Program-made: the position numbers and the translations under genes
Origin: Eledone cirrhosa
Lineage: Eukaryota
Assembly (NCBI GenBank): GCA_964016885.1
Contig: OZ024751.1
Coordinates: 41,602,001-41,666,000, forward strand
Reading direction: 5' to 3'
DNA length: 64,000 nt
In this document: positions 14,970 to 29,397 of the stretch, piece by piece
Numbering within the stretch: the first letter of the stretch is position 1
Layout of the letters: every line of letters begins with the position of its first letter
Notes under the pieces: generated by a model
The model's database searches: none
Told to the model about the DNA's origin: nothing
The model's input: only the letters and a program-made list of their open reading frames with translations

Positions 14970-16689
14970 AAGTATGAAAGAGTGAGAAAGAAAGATAGAC
15001 AAATAAGTATATTTCAAGTTAAAAAGCCAATATTCGAATACTGAATGTTATTTATTGTGAGCCAGGTGCAGGATAAAATAAATATATAAACACAAGCTTG
15101 TGTTTCTCTATTTAATTTATCAGGCGCCTGCAACGTTTAACTGTAACAAGCAGAGTATATATTAGATTAAAATTGAGAATTATGTTGTTAATATTAAATG
15201 GTTACAAAATTAAATTAGTTACGAGTAAAGAAAAAAAAGCAACAGTCACAACAACAACAAAAAAAAATTTTAAATGTAGAAAACTAATTTTGTAAATTAC
15301 ATTTGTATTAAATGGTAATGGATTCTAAGTTATGTGTATCGAACGAGAAGAGATTAACAAAATGATCGAAAGATCTTCAATGACAAAGCAATATGACAAG
15401 AAGAAAAAGAAATTGTTCTAAAAAGACGTTGGAATAACTTTAAATATTAAACACACTGAATTGATCTGTGACAATTGGATATGATTAGAAATTAGAATTA
15501 ATTCTTCTAAGACGGTTGGCTGGATATGTATTGGAATTAGAATGTTGGTTAAATAAAGGATTAAGTAAATTAGAAGAAAATAAGGATCAATCGACACGAT
15601 ACCAGAATTTGTTCGTTAACCGATTGGAGTGGAATTTATCTAATGGGATAAAGGAAACCAACAAACAATGTTTCCATTGATCTTTCCATTGCTGACACTA
15701 TCTACCGGTGGAAACACCTGGTAGAAGGAACAACGTAAAATAAAGTGTCTTGTTCAAGGACGTAACACATTGCCCGATCCAGGAATCGGATAGTAAGGAA
15801 TTTTAAATATTATAAATATTCAAACCCGGTGTTGGCAGAAGTGTTAAAGGCTAAGACAAAAATGTTTTAGCTAAATTCCGTCAAGATCATCTTCTGTTTC
15901 ATCACCCCAGGGTCAACGAAATAAAATACTAGTCAAGTACAGGTGTCGATTGAATCAACTACCTCTCCATTAAAATATTCTGGTCATGTGACTATGTAAA
16001 CAATGATAGGGTCAGATAGATTATCACTATCATTACTAGAGCGCGAGTCGCGCCGAGGATAACTTTGCCTTTCATCCTTACGGGGTCGATAAAATAAAGT
16101 ACCAGTCACGCACTGAGGTTGATTTAATCGACTTTCCCCTCCCCCAAAAATTGCTGGCCTTGTGCCTATATAAGAAACAATTATTAGAGCGTGAGTCAAA
16201 ATCCCTGTCGGTATTTGATCCGGTTTTTTATAATCCAGATTCAAATCCATTTGTCGTTCTCATTTCCGTTGTCGATAATATACCAGTCAAGTACTGGGGT
16301 CGATATAATTGACTGGTACTTTCCCCAACTTTGAGACCAAATGCAAGAAATTAGTATTATAAGGACTGAATGCAGGAGAAAGAGACGTTACCGTATGTAT
16401 TTAAAGAAAGGCAGACGCAGATGCGGATATGTTATCATAGAAGCTGTAGTAAAGTAATGGATTAACATGTGTCTATATTTGACGTTCAAGTGTAAGAATT
16501 GTGGGAGTAAAGTTTATAACTGACAAATTGTATGGATCATATAAATATAGGGGAAGAACGGCAAATGGAAATAGTATGGTAGAAAAGATTATAGTAATTA
16601 AGATTGAACATGTAGAGAAGTTGATATATGAGTGAATACAAATCAAACACACACACACACACACACACAAACACACACAAACACACACA

Positions 16690-16766
<77 letters not shown>

Positions 16767-16866
16767 TGTTAACAATATTTGTTTCGACACACAATTTCAT
16801 ATCAAAAACCTTACAAAACAAATATATATATATATAAATGTATATTACATACATACATACATACAT

Positions 16867-17475
16867 GGTGGCTGCCAACTCGTTTTCAAGTACGGCCACT
16901 ACTTTATATCCATGTAGGAGAACCCCTACCGAAGCGCTGAACGAGTGTGACTTTTTAGTCCAGCCAGCGACTTGAAAACTCTGGTACAAACACTACACTT
17001 GTGACAATTATTGACACATAGTGCTGGGCCCATGGTACCATGTGACGACAAGTGCAGAGAGATCTCCAGATATAAAGCAATGCCTGTGCCGTGAAGCTTT
17101 TATAGTGAGCAAAGGCACTGCACAAAGCCAGTCCCACTCTCTTAACCAGGATGATATTTACCAAAAAGAAGAACAAGTCGACATCATTGGATACCATCAG
17201 GGTTGCAGGTGTTATATCAGAGTTTTCCTTCTCCTAGAATTCTGCCTTGACAAAGGCTAAAGGGTCATCTCTCCCGGTGATTTTGGATGGCCATTGACTC
17301 TTAAGAGCTCCTTTGCCCTTTGACAGGTTTTGTTTTTAGTCCTGCAGGATGTCCAAAGCCACCCTCCTCACCAAGAAACCTTGGAGGGGTTGCCAGTTTA
17401 GTCGCCAACGACCCGACCATGGGACAGGTTGTACTGGGATACATGTTACCAGTAGCACCAACTGGTGACCTGACA
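16867..17475 (-). mobile_element. ~600-bp non-autonomous RTE-like retroelement, copy 1
   Basis: Highly similar to three other copies. Contains CTAGGAGAAGGAAAACTCTGA, recalled as an RTE-clade 5' UTR motif. (TACA)n on both sides. Confidence 0.75.
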
Positions 17476-17889
17476 TACATACATACATACATACATACAT
17501 ACATACATACATACATACATACATACATACATACATACATACATACATACATACATACATGTTTGTATGTATGTATATATAAAATTCTAAAACGCAGAAA
17601 ATAAGGGTAAAGTAGAAATTATAACTTAGAAAATCTCTTCATTTTGAAAAATGTTACGTCCACCGAAATATTGTTTAAATGATTGAAATTAAGATTTATT
17701 CAGTAAAACGAAGTTCTATTATCATTCTATTTCGGAAACAAAGCGCTTACATACACACATATACACACATACATACCTACATATATATATATGTATATAT
17801 GCACACAAGTATATATATCTTCATTGCACATTACATAGGCTACCCACTCGTTTATTATTTAAACAGATCACTTTATTATATATACACAC

Positions 17890-17989
<100 letters not shown>

Positions 17990-18177
17990 AGGGAGTCAGG
18001 GAGTGTTCAATAGACTAATTACTGAAGCTTTATTTTATGTAGAGAAACAACCCAATCCTTATCGCAGAATAAATATATCGACACACACACATACATACAT
18101 ACACACACACACACACCACACACATATATATAAATATATAATATTTATATATATAAATATATAATATATATATATAT

Positions 18178-18209
<32 letters not shown>

Positions 18210-18278
18210 AAGTTGTATGTATGTATACATATACTTACATATACGCAGATAAACACGCACATAAACGCATACACTTAT

Positions 18279-18337
<59 letters not shown>

Positions 18338-18828
18338 TATCCTTTATCTGTGTGTGAGTATTATAGTTTGCTTTAGGCATCTTGGAATATGACAAATGAG
18401 TTAGTCTTAAGAATCCGCTGCAATGACAATGGAGTTATAAACATCAAATTAACAATATCAGAAAATAAGACGAATGAAAACACACCAGGAATTGTTACCT
18501 TGGAAATACTTCATATTTCCTCATATTTCTGGTAAAATACCAACGACTAGTATATAATGGAATGGCTGTTTTATTCCACCTGCTTATTCTTCTATAACAT
18601 TTTTCACTCGTCAAACGTTACTTTAGCCACCATGGCATGCATATAGTCAGCTTAAGGGTCCTAAGCTGACTATGAAGGAGTGATGCTAGAATTCTGAAAT
18701 CTTACATGCATTAATTTCAATTCTTCTTATCTTCTTATTAATAACTTCATTGTGAAAAATAAACCTCATTTGAACTTTTCAGCCAATTAACTTGTTAGCC
18801 GACTCTCATATGTATGTATATGTATATA

Positions 18829-18919
<91 letters not shown>

Positions 18920-18955
18920 GGCAAGATATTTAGAACGCTGTTTGAGACCTTTATT

Positions 18956-18993
18956 TCCCTCTGAAGAAGAGATATAATCTCGAAAATTAAGGA
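18956..18993 (+). ncRNA. Ultra-minimal hammerhead (F7); host element ~18917-19112
   Basis: CCT CTGAAGA A GAGAT-ATA-ATCTC GAA AATT A AGG, then AATAAA. Helix III is reduced to the palindrome AATT. Confidence 0.6.
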
Positions 18994-19109
18994 CATTTAA
19001 ATAAATCTAAGGTAAAAGACGATTTGTCAACAATATCTTTTGCAATTGCATTCTTTTTTCTATGTCCATACCTTCATTGTTTTGGCTTTATTATACATAT
19101 TCAAACGTT

Positions 19110-19140
<31 letters not shown>

Positions 19141-19372
19141 AAGTTAAATAAAAGCCAAATGATTAAAATTTAGCTTATATATATATATAACAAAGGAATT
19201 GTGGTAAGGAACCAGATGGAACATAACGCACCAGAGTACTCAGTACTTAGGGTAGTAGAGTGGGAAATAGGAAAAAGTATGACCCCGACGGCAGAGCTCA
19301 AGCCGTTTCGACGGCTATTTCTGGACTCGTGCAGAAATAGCCGTCGAAATATACACACACAAACACACACAA

Positions 19373-19563
19373 GGGCGGTGGATTGGCAGTATCGGTAGAG
19401 GGTCGGACGCCATGCTTTCCAGCATAGTTACGTTCCTTTACGGTCTGAGTTCAAATCCCGTCGAGGTTAACTTTGCCTTTCATCCTTACGGGGTCGATTA
19501 AATAAAGTACCAGTAATGTACTGGGTAATTGCTGGCCTTGTACCAAAAGTAGAAACAATTATT
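19373..19563 (+). mobile_element. tRNA-derived SINE family A, full length
   Basis: A box TGGCAGTATCGG, B box GAGTTCAAATCC, central GCCTTTCATCCTTACGGGGTCGATAAAATAAAGTACCAG (resembles Deu/Nin-type SINE domains, from memory), and an ATT tail. Confidence 0.85.
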
Positions 19564-19663
19564 ACTCTAAGGTGACACAACCTTATCGAGTGCTTTGCTG
19601 CGCATTCCTAATTGTATATCGTTAGTTTTGCCACAGCCAAAACTTCGATTTTACTAAACTTCC

Positions 19664-19720
<57 letters not shown>

Positions 19721-19760
19721 ACGTAAAATAAGAAAATTATAATAATTAATATACTAATTC

Positions 19761-19787
<27 letters not shown>

Positions 19788-19791
<4 letters not shown>

Positions 19792-20000
19792 GTGGTAACA
19801 CAACAGTTAGTTCACCATACTGAGAACAATTGTTTCACCTTAGCGGATCCTCAGCTCGTAATTACGAGCTGAGGATCCACTAAGGTGAAACAATTGTTCT
19901 CGGTATGGTGAACTAACTGTTGTGTAACCACTTCTACCTAACTCGTCCCATGGACTGAGTGCTCTACCACTACGGATATTACCTTCCAGCGTTCCACCAC
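19788..20000. mobile_element. F6 fold-back element with hammerheads at 19821-19858 (-) and 19865-19902 (+)
   Basis: Palindrome centred on CTCGTAATTACGAG, immediately 5' of both ribozymes. (TA)n on both sides. Confidence 0.75.
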
Positions 20001-20304
20001 TATATATATATATATATATAGGAAAATGTTTGACCCCGACGGCAGAGCTCAAATCCCGCCGAGGTTAACGTTGCCTTTCAACCTTACGGGGTCGATAAAA
20101 TAAAGTACCAGTAATGCACTGGATAATTGCTGGCCTTGTTCCAAAAGTAGAAACAATTATATTATATTATATTATATTATATCATATTATATATATATAT
20201 GTCCAAGACCCCCAGCAGACAACTGATGAAGGAAAATTTCCTCCCATTCTCACTTTCCTCTTTTTATAAATATACCTTATCCAGCAACTACACAGCCCGT
20301 TTAT

Positions 20305-20341
<37 letters not shown>

Positions 20342-20368
20342 TATATATATATACATACATACATACAC

Positions 20369-20959
20369 GGTGGCTGCCAACTCGTTTTCGAGTACGGCCA
20401 CTACTTTATATCCATGTAGGAGAACCCCTACCGATGCGCTGAACGAGTGTGACTTTTTAGTCCAGCCAGCGACTTGAAAACTATGGTACAAACACTACAC
20501 TTGTTACAATTATTGACACATAGTGCTGGGCCCATGGTACTATGTGACGACAAGTGCAGAGAAATCTCCAGATATAAAGCAATGCCTGTGCCGTGAAGCT
20601 TTTATAGTGAGCAAAGGCACTGCACAAACCCACTCTCTTAACCAAGATGATATTTACCAAAGTCAACATCATTGGATACCATCAGGGCTGCAGGTGTTAT
20701 ATCAGAGTTTTCCTTCTCCTAGAATTCTTCCTTGACAAAGGCTAAGGGGTCATCTCTCCCGGTGATTTTGGATGGCCATTGACTCTTAAGAGGACCTTTG
20801 CCCTTTGACAGGTTTTGTTTTTAGTCCTGCAGGATGTCCAAAGTCACCCTCCTCACCAAGAAACCTTGGTGGGGTTGCCAGTTTAGTCGCCAATGCCCGA
20901 CCATGAGACAGGTTGTACTGGGATACATGTTACCAGTAGCACCAACTGGTGACCTGGCA
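20369..20959 (-). mobile_element. ~600-bp RTE-like element, copy 2
   Basis: Same sequence with small deletions and (TACA)n flanks. Confidence 0.75.
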
Positions 20960-21687
20960 TACATACATACATACATACATACATACATACATACATACAT
21001 ACATACATTCATACATACATACATACATACATACATACATACATACATACATTCATACATACATACATACATACATACATACATACATACATACATACAT
21101 ACATACATACATACATACATACATACATACATACATACATACATACACGCTTATATATGTATTTATATATATATATGTGTGTATTTAGAATATATCCAAT
21201 ATATATTTATACAAGTGGGATTGATGAGATAGGAATGTCTTTATTAATGAAAAAGTCTGCAACTAAATACCGAAGCAGAATCGACGAAAGTAAAAGCAGA
21301 CAATCCTATTATCTGCACTAAGCATAAAAATGATATTTTAGAGAACAGAAAGATGAGTAGCAAAATTAATGATATCAATGAGAACAATGCAGCTGTTTTA
21401 ATTATTTTATCAATATTCAAAAATACTAATCTCTAAAGAATAAATTTGTTCACGTTATCACTGGTTCATCTCGTGCTCAATTTTAGTCAATCTACGTGAT
21501 TTTGATGAATAATTGCACGGAAAGAAAGGAAAAGAAAATCATTACATATATACATATCCTTTATTTGAAATGGTAGATAAAAACTTTATTGTTCAGCTTC
21601 AAATAAATATTTCGGTGTATTCTTTGATTTTAAGTACTATCTTACAATTTAGCTGGTTTTTATCATTCTCGCTAAAAGATTGTGAAT

Positions 21688-23024
21688 TGGCAGAGTCGTT
21701 AGAAGGTCAGATAGAATGGTTTGTGGTATTGGTAGAGTCGTTAGAAGGTCAGATAGAATGGTAGAGTCGTTAGAAGGTCAGATAGAATAGTTTGTGGTAT
21801 TGGTAGAGTCGTTAGAAGGTCAGATAGAATAGTTTGTGGTATTGGTAGAGTCGTTAGAAGGTCAGATAGAATGGTAGAGTCGTTAGAAGGTCAGATAGAA
21901 TAGTTTGTGGTATTGGTAGAGTCGTTAGAAGGTCAGATAGAATGGTAGAGTCGTTAGAAGGTCAGATAGAATAGTTTGTGGTATTGGTAGAGTCGTTAGA
22001 AGGTCAGATAGAATGGTTTGTGGTATTGGTAGAGTCGTTAGAAGGTCAGATAGAATGGTAGAGTCGTTAGAAGGTCAGATAGAATAGTTTGTGGTATTGG
22101 TAGAGTCGTTAGAAGGTCAGATAGAATAGTTTGTGGTATTGGTAGAGTCGTTAGAAGGTCAGATAGAATGGTTTGTGGTATTGGTAGAGTCGTTAGAAGG
22201 TCAGATAGAATGGTTTGTGGTATTGGTAGAGTCGTTAGAAGGTCAGATAGAATGGTAGAGTCGTTAGAAGGTCAGATAGAATAGTTTGTGGTATTGGTAG
22301 AGTCGTTAGAAGGTCAGATAGAATAGTTTGTGGTATTGGTAGAGTCGTTAGAAGGTCAGATAGAATGGTTTGTGGTATTGGTAGAGTCGTTAGAAGGTCA
22401 GATAGAATGGTTTGTGGTATTGGTAGAGTCGTTAGAACGTCAGATAGAACAGTTTGTGGTATTGGTAGAGTCGTTAGAAGGTCAGATAGAATGGTTTGTG
22501 GTATTGGTAGAGTCGTTAGAAGGTCAGATAGAATAGTTTGTGGTATTGGTAGAGTCGTTAGAAGGTCAGATAGAATAGTTTGTGGTATTGGTAGAGTCGT
22601 TAGAAGGTCAGATAGAATGGTTTGTGGTATTGGTAGAGTCGTTAGAAGGTCAGATAGAATGGTAGAGTCGTTAGAAGGTCAGATAGAATGGTTTGTGGTA
22701 TTGGTAGAGTCGTTAGAAGGTCAGATAGAATGGTTTGTGGTATTGGTAGAGTCGTTAGAAGGTCAAATAGAATGGTTTGTGGTATTGGTAGAGTCGTTAG
22801 AAGGTCAGATAGAATGGTTTGTGGTATTGGTAGAGTCGTTAGAAGGTCAGATAGAATAGTTTGTGGTATTGGTAGAGTCGTTAGAAGGTCAAATAGAATG
22901 GTTTGTGGTATTGGTAGAGTCGTTAGAAGGTCAGATAGAATGGTTTGTGGTATTGGTAGAGTCGTTAGAAGGTCAGATAGAATGGTTTGTGGTATTGGTA
23001 GAGTCGTTAGAAGGTCAGATAGAA
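21688..23024 (+). repeat. 42-bp/29-bp minisatellite (~33 units) inside a SINE head
   Basis: Unit GGTAGAGTCGTTAGAAGGTCAGATAGAAT(RGTTTGTGGTATT). The array runs into GAGTTCAAATTC (B box) and a SINE A body ending at ~23145. Confidence 0.95.
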
Positions 23025-23419
23025 TACTTTGTGGTATTCGTTCCGGCACTCTGCTCTCTGAGTTCAAATTCTGCCGAGGTCAACTTTGCCTTTCATCCAT
23101 TTGAGGTTGATAAAAAAAAGGACCAACCTAGTACTGGAATCGATTCTTCCACTATATCTCTTTCTCACTTTCTATCCCCCCTCTCTTTCTCTCTTTCTCT
23201 CTCTCACTTTCTACCCTTCTCTGGAATAAATCTTCTGTGTTCAGACCTGGAGAAGGATGGGCTTCGCCAGACTTAAAAAATGCCCAAGAAACGCCCTATG
23301 TTATTACGGGACCATACCATCATACTCGTTAATAATTACACACACGTTAAACTTTCCAATTTTGTTATTATTATCGAAATAAATTTGTAACTGTGAACCC
23401 TTCCTACTGAAGTTATAGT

Positions 23420-23880
23420 GGCGCTTTCGAGATATTTTAAACATCATGTCCTATTGTCTGAACACGGTCGATTTCCTCCACGATGTTCTAACGATTTTGC
23501 CAACCAAAAATCTAACCCTAGTAGAGTTCCGTTGCTAGGACCATAATCTTATCCTACGATGCATGTCATTTACCCAGTTGAAATAAATAACAATATTGAT
23601 CGAAATATCCCACTGGCCAATACTTGTTTCTTTGTCTACCGTGTCCTACTAACTGTCCACGTCGCCATTTATAACCAGAGAATAGTCGATGACAAATTAG
23701 TAACGTCAATAGCGATTTATTTTCCTAAGTCTATGATGTTTACAGTAAATGTTTCCACATATCTTACAAGGCTGAGTAGATATCATTCTAGTATAGGAAA
23801 GTTAATCAATATAAAATGGATGGTTACTAGTCACCTTGTGAATTGGGCAAACAGCTCACCGTATCCTCATTTAGGAAATA
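23420..23880 (-). pseudogene. Possible very old RTE LINE C-terminal remnant
   Basis: Only vestiges are visible, such as ETFT (ETWT-like) and WVNDMHR (WxGHVxR-like). Confidence 0.3.
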
Positions 23881-23930
23881 ATTGAGTTGTATTAAAGGTT
23901 AAGTAATTGCATTATTGGAGCAACAAACCC

Positions 23931-24005
<75 letters not shown>

Positions 24006-24023
24006 CAGCAGCAGCAACAGCAT

Positions 24024-24062
<39 letters not shown>

Positions 24063-24216
24063 CAGCAGCATTAGTAGTAGTAGTAGTAGCAGCAGCAGCA
24101 GTAGTAGTAGTAGTAGTAGTAGTAGTAGCAGCAGCAGCAGTAGTATTAGTAGTAGTAGTAGTAGTAGTAGCAGCAGCAGCAGTAGTATTAGTAGTAGTAG
24201 TAGTAGTAGTAGCAGC

Positions 24217-24271
<55 letters not shown>

Positions 24272-25432
24272 ACACTGAAAGATTAATTTCTTAAACATAC
24301 CTATACATCATTAGAACTTGATGAAAGGCAAAGCTAACCTTAGAGTTCAAATCCCGCTCATATTTTATAGATGTCCGCAAGAGTGCCTGCTTTTATATTA
24401 CTTAAGCATTGGCTCAAACACAATGCTGTATTCCCAGCAATGATTGCTAAACTAACGATACCAATTGACTGGCGAATTTGAAATATAAGTGATTGATAAT
24501 CAGTCTTGAATTATATATTATTCATATTTGAAGTTAGGCTCTAAAGCAGCAATTTTATGCATTTTAATATACTTTCTTAACAGCCGAATTACCTCATATA
24601 AAGAGTGTCTGTAATTGATCTCATTTATAGAGAATTAATACTTTATTTTAGTGTCTGACATTCTCACAGGCTACTGAGATAGCTGTGACATGATCACGGC
24701 TTAAAACCCTCAAACTGAGATTTATGTATGTTTATTTATTAATTATTTATTTATCTATATATATTTATTTATCTATTTATTTATTTATACATAAACATAT
24801 TTTAAATGATGTCTTCATATATAACTCTGTTAATTAATACTTTAGCTATAAGGTGGGAATCAAGTGATACGCATTGCATTTCAAAACATGAATCCTAACA
24901 ACGAATCAACGAAAACGACTTTCTTATCAAAACTACGCTCGTCAGGCAAATGGATCAGTAAAGGTAGTAGCAAAACAACTGTAATAAATTATCCTTTCGT
25001 GTAAAACGATATTCAGGGACCATTAAATCTCTAATTGAGGCTCAGCAAAATAGAATCTCTTGCTGACTATCTTTCAGCTATATATATATATATATACTAT
25101 AGTCTTCAAACTTATTATTATTACTATATACATATATATATATATATGATAATAAGGGCGCTGCGGAGTTGCAAATGGGTTACATATGAAAAAAGTTTGT
25201 CCTTCATCAGTGATCTTCCAACTATCATAGGCATTTCATCGCTTTAAAGACCATATACCTCCGGTTGGTGCGAGCAACGGCTAAAAAAAGTCGTTGAGAC
25301 ACGTAAATAAAGGGGACGCGATGGTAAACAAACAAAATGGTGAGGCAACAGAAAGTGAGGAAGAAAGAGACAAGTCCCAGATTTCTATGAATTTAAGTTC
25401 GGTGAAATATATATCGAAAGTACGTGTATATG

Positions 25433-25470
<38 letters not shown>

Positions 25471-25480
25471 CGTGTGTGTG

Positions 25481-25552
<72 letters not shown>

Positions 25553-25617
25553 TGTGTGTGTGTGTGCATATATACATATATATATATATATATGTATATA
25601 TATACACGTACTTTCGA

Positions 25618-25664
<47 letters not shown>

Positions 25665-25688
25665 TTATATATAACTGTGTGTCTGTGC

Positions 25689-25772
<84 letters not shown>

Positions 25773-26622
25773 TTAGAATCGTGGAAGACCTGTTTACATT
25801 TAGTTTTCTCTCAAGCTATCATACAACCAGCCGTTACTGCCATAGAATATTGAACAGCCTGTCGCTGGCAGCTTGCTCTAAAAAACCAGATTGTTGCTAA
25901 TTTAAACAAAAAAATATTGTCCCGATCCTCTAAGCATTTAACAATATCCTAGATTCTCAAGTCTATGTAATAAATTACTGCAACTCCATAGCTATTAATT
26001 TGTCATAAAATATCTCTGTATATTTCCTTCTACAAATATATCTACTATGACAGCGGTAACAGTTTACAGTCATTTTGGTTTATTGCTTAGTTGCTAGGCG
26101 TGTGGGGATGGGAGGGAGGTATGTTTGTGTGTGTGTGTTAGCGTGTTGGTATGTTTGTGTGTAAGTGTGAGTGTGTGTGGGTATGTTTTTATCTATGTGT
26201 GTGTTTGTAGATATGTTTGTGTCTGTGAGTGTGTGGATATGTTTGTGTATGTGAGTGTGTGGGTATATCTGTGTGTGTGTGTGTGTGTGTGTGGTGGTAA
26301 AAGTAGTGTGGTGGTAAAGGTGTTATGGGGGTAAGGATAGTGTGTAGTAGTAAGGGTGGTGGGCTGCATGTGTTTGCTATGTTACATATGTTCTACGGAA
26401 AATAGATATAATGCAATGTGGATTAATGTAATAAATACAGCTTCATTAACCATTAAACAAACTAAGTACACGCTTAGACCATTAAAGAGAAAGGGGCGCC
26501 ATTTTATCAAAATTAAATGTATTTCTCATTCTCCCAAAACCTGTTTTTTTCAGACTTTATATAAGGTGAGGAAGGGGCACTGTATTATTTTATGTGTTTA
26601 GGAACTCAAATATAATATTTTG

Positions 26623-26839
26623 TCGATCGACTTTCATCAAATCGGACCGAGGAAACAATGTTTCCGTTAGTCTTTCCAATTGCTAATAGCTATCTATCGG
26701 TCGCAACTACAGGTAGAAGGAGCAACGTGAAATAAAGTGTCTTGTTCAAGGACATAACGCATCGCCTGGTCCAGAAATCGAACTGCTAACCTCACGATTG
26801 CGAATCGTGTTCGCTAACCACTCAGCCGCACACATTCAC
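26623..26839 (-). mobile_element. SINE family B
   Basis: Collinear with 12243-12458. Confidence 0.8.
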
Positions 26840-26980
26840 TTGGGAACTCCAAAGCTCCTTATGTGGTTCATTTGGTGTGGGATGGAATCTCTTCCATCGT
26901 CATCTTCCTTCATTTATTTTGGTAACAGTTATTATATTGGGTTTGCCCCATGTTTCCCATTGACGACTTAGAAAGCATGT

Positions 26981-27054
<74 letters not shown>

Positions 27055-27065
27055 TCTCTCTCTCA

Positions 27066-27100
<35 letters not shown>

Positions 27101-27290
27101 ACGAAGAAAGTGTGGTAAGGAACCAGGTGGAACATGACGCACCAGAGTACTCAATACTTAGAGAAGTGGAGTGGGAAATAGGAAAAGAGTCAGCTGAGCT
27201 CCGGCCGTTTCGATAGCTAGATCTGAACTCTAGATGTCGAAACGGCCGGAGCTCAGCCGTCGGGGTCCTGACTCTTTTCCTATATATATG

Positions 27291-27329
<39 letters not shown>

Positions 27330-27880
27330 TGAGAGAGAGAGAGCCCACATATATATATATATATATATATAAATAAGGTGAAAATGATCTTGGTCTATTT
27401 CTGTACTTCTCATGATCCTGTCACGTGGTGTGAATACATGTTGTATTTTCTCCCCGCCCCTTTGGCAACTTGTTCCGGTATGTTGCTAGACCATTAGATT
27501 CCTAATTATTCCGAATGAAGACGCGAAAAATATTACGTTTTTTTTCTTCTCTTCCTTGTTTGCTTAATTCCTTTTTTTTTTTCGACCACTTATTTAGTTT
27601 CGACATATACACGAAGAAAAATAACAATGGAAAAAAAACTCTAAAAGAAATTTATGCTTATTTTTATATCCTTTATTTCTTCTCTCGTGTTAGACGTTCT
27701 CCTTCATTCTTGTTCATTATTTCTTCCTTTAATTAACGTTAAATGAAAAAAAAAATTGGATCTGAAACCTGATTATCTAGAAAGACTTATTCAGTGCTGA
27801 GGAGTCGAGAATACCACAGAAACGATATCACTCGCAGATATAATCTAATTGAATTAAATGTTATTAAAACAAATTTGATA

Positions 27881-28121
27881 TTAACCCGTTCATTACCATA
27901 TTTCTAATGAAATAATTTCTATTTCAAGTAATTAATGAATTACTGTGAGGGATTGTCGAACACTATTAATTATTTCATTTATTAAGATATTATCTTATCA
28001 TATAGTTCTTATATAAAAATATATTGGAAGATTTATATCTAAATAGGAAACCTTTAAAATGAATGGTTTTGTTTCATAGAACTAACGTTGAAGTTGGTTG
28101 TGTTGGTATCAAAAGGGTTAA
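27881..28121. mobile_element. Diverged piggyBac-type MITE
   Basis: TTAACCCGTTCATTACCA ... TGGTATCAAAAGGGTTAA, an imperfect TIR with TTAA at both ends. Confidence 0.6.
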
Positions 28122-29361
28122 TAAACATGACGGCTTAAGTAGCTGTAAGCACGAATAAAAAAGAAACGAAAAACGAAATAATTTTCACATCATCACTCGA
28201 TTCTCTCCTTTAGAAAATTAAGGGAACTGTGAGTCAACCAACACCTACTCGCTACTATTTACGTCACCTTGCTTCTTAACAGATGGTGGTTCGGTAGAGC
28301 ATCATATAAAATGCCACTGCGGTATTTGTTTTGGTGTTTTACATTCAAATCCCACCGTGGTCAACTTTTTTTTTCTTCCTTCTGGTATTGAGAAAATAAA
28401 GTACCAATAAAGTACTGGAACCTCCCCAAAAAATTTACTGGCCTTGAAATCAATCTTTACACCTCATAAAGGTGGTAGATTGGGATAATTGATAGAGGAT
28501 CTGAGAAAATACAATGACGGTATCTATGTTGGCTCTTTTACAGTATGTGTTCAAATTCCGCCATGGTCAACTTTGCCTTTCATCTTTTCGAGATCGATAA
28601 AATAAAGTGTCAGTCAAGTACTGGAGTTGATTTAATCAACTTTGTTCTTCCCTTAAACTCACTGGCCTTGCCAGAAATCAATAACTCTAATTTTTTTAGT
28701 TCATTGATATTTTATACTGAAAAACCTATGTTTATAGCCAATGTCTATCATTTTTATGTGTTCGTTTTTTCTTTGCAGTTTGTTTTGTATACGGCCTTCT
28801 AACAATAATATGATATAATGCAATGATAAAGTCAGGAATCATTCAACTTTGTGACTAACATGCTGCTTGTAGTGTCATAAGTAAAGTTAACCGTTTGTTT
28901 ATATTCCACCGACTTAAAGCAACAAGAAGGAACACAGATAACATCAAATGCTAGTCAGATTTATTAAGTTACTTAACTACACGATGCAACATAGCGACGG
29001 TTGCTATTGTTTCCTTTTAACGGTATTTTCCATTTCTTTTTCTTGGCATTGGATGTATGCATGTGTATATATGTGTCTGTGTTAGTGTGTACGTGTGTAA
29101 GTGTCTACGTGTGAACGTATGTGCTGTGTATGTACACGTGCGCTGGTGTGCGCTGGTGTGCTCTATAGCTGTTTGAGTTGAATCGAGTGCATTTTGCTTT
29201 ACTGATATATATATATATTCGGCCATTGACTTCTGTGCGGCCGGCCCCATTTCGCGCGCACGCGCGCCCGACCGAATACCTCAGATATTCAAATCTTAAA
29301 CAGCGAAAGACGCGTTCCGAATTGTCCGACAGACAACCTTTTCCCCCACCCGGAAAAAAAA

Positions 29362-29397
29362 CCCCAGTTGATGGATGTGAATCCGAAATATATAGGG
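29362..29397 (+). ncRNA. Degenerate hammerhead (F12)
   Basis: CCC CAGTTGA T GGAT-GTGA-ATCC GAAA TATA TA GGG, with two core substitutions. A similar remnant lies at ~39745-39783 (-). Confidence 0.4.

Noticed and set aside
16955-17604. Short 80-95 aa ORFs recurring in the 600-bp element
   Set aside because: They recur because the copies are young. Copy 2 has disrupting deletions and no domain motif was recognised.
19373-19460. tRNA genes at SINE heads
   Set aside because: A and B boxes are present, but there is no full cloverleaf and the sequence continues into the SINE body.
20216-20242. CTGATGA plus AGGAAA/TTTCCT hairpin
   Set aside because: Only the 5' half is present, with no GAAA, P3 or P1'. 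At best a truncated remnant.
21688-23024. CRISPR-like array
   Set aside because: The intervening segments are identical rather than unique spacers, there are no cas genes, and the array derives from a SINE head in eukaryotic DNA.
25155-25310. Type II hammerhead in the repeat at ~25155-25310 and ~29715-29860 (GAAA...CTGATGA on the minus strand)
   Set aside because: No UH cleavage site closing helix III, no helix I and no helix II partner could be built.
27793-27832. AGTG CTGAGGA...GAAAC...CACT hammerhead-like string
   Set aside because: Helix II is barely paired and U16.1 is absent. It is a single copy and too degenerate to call.
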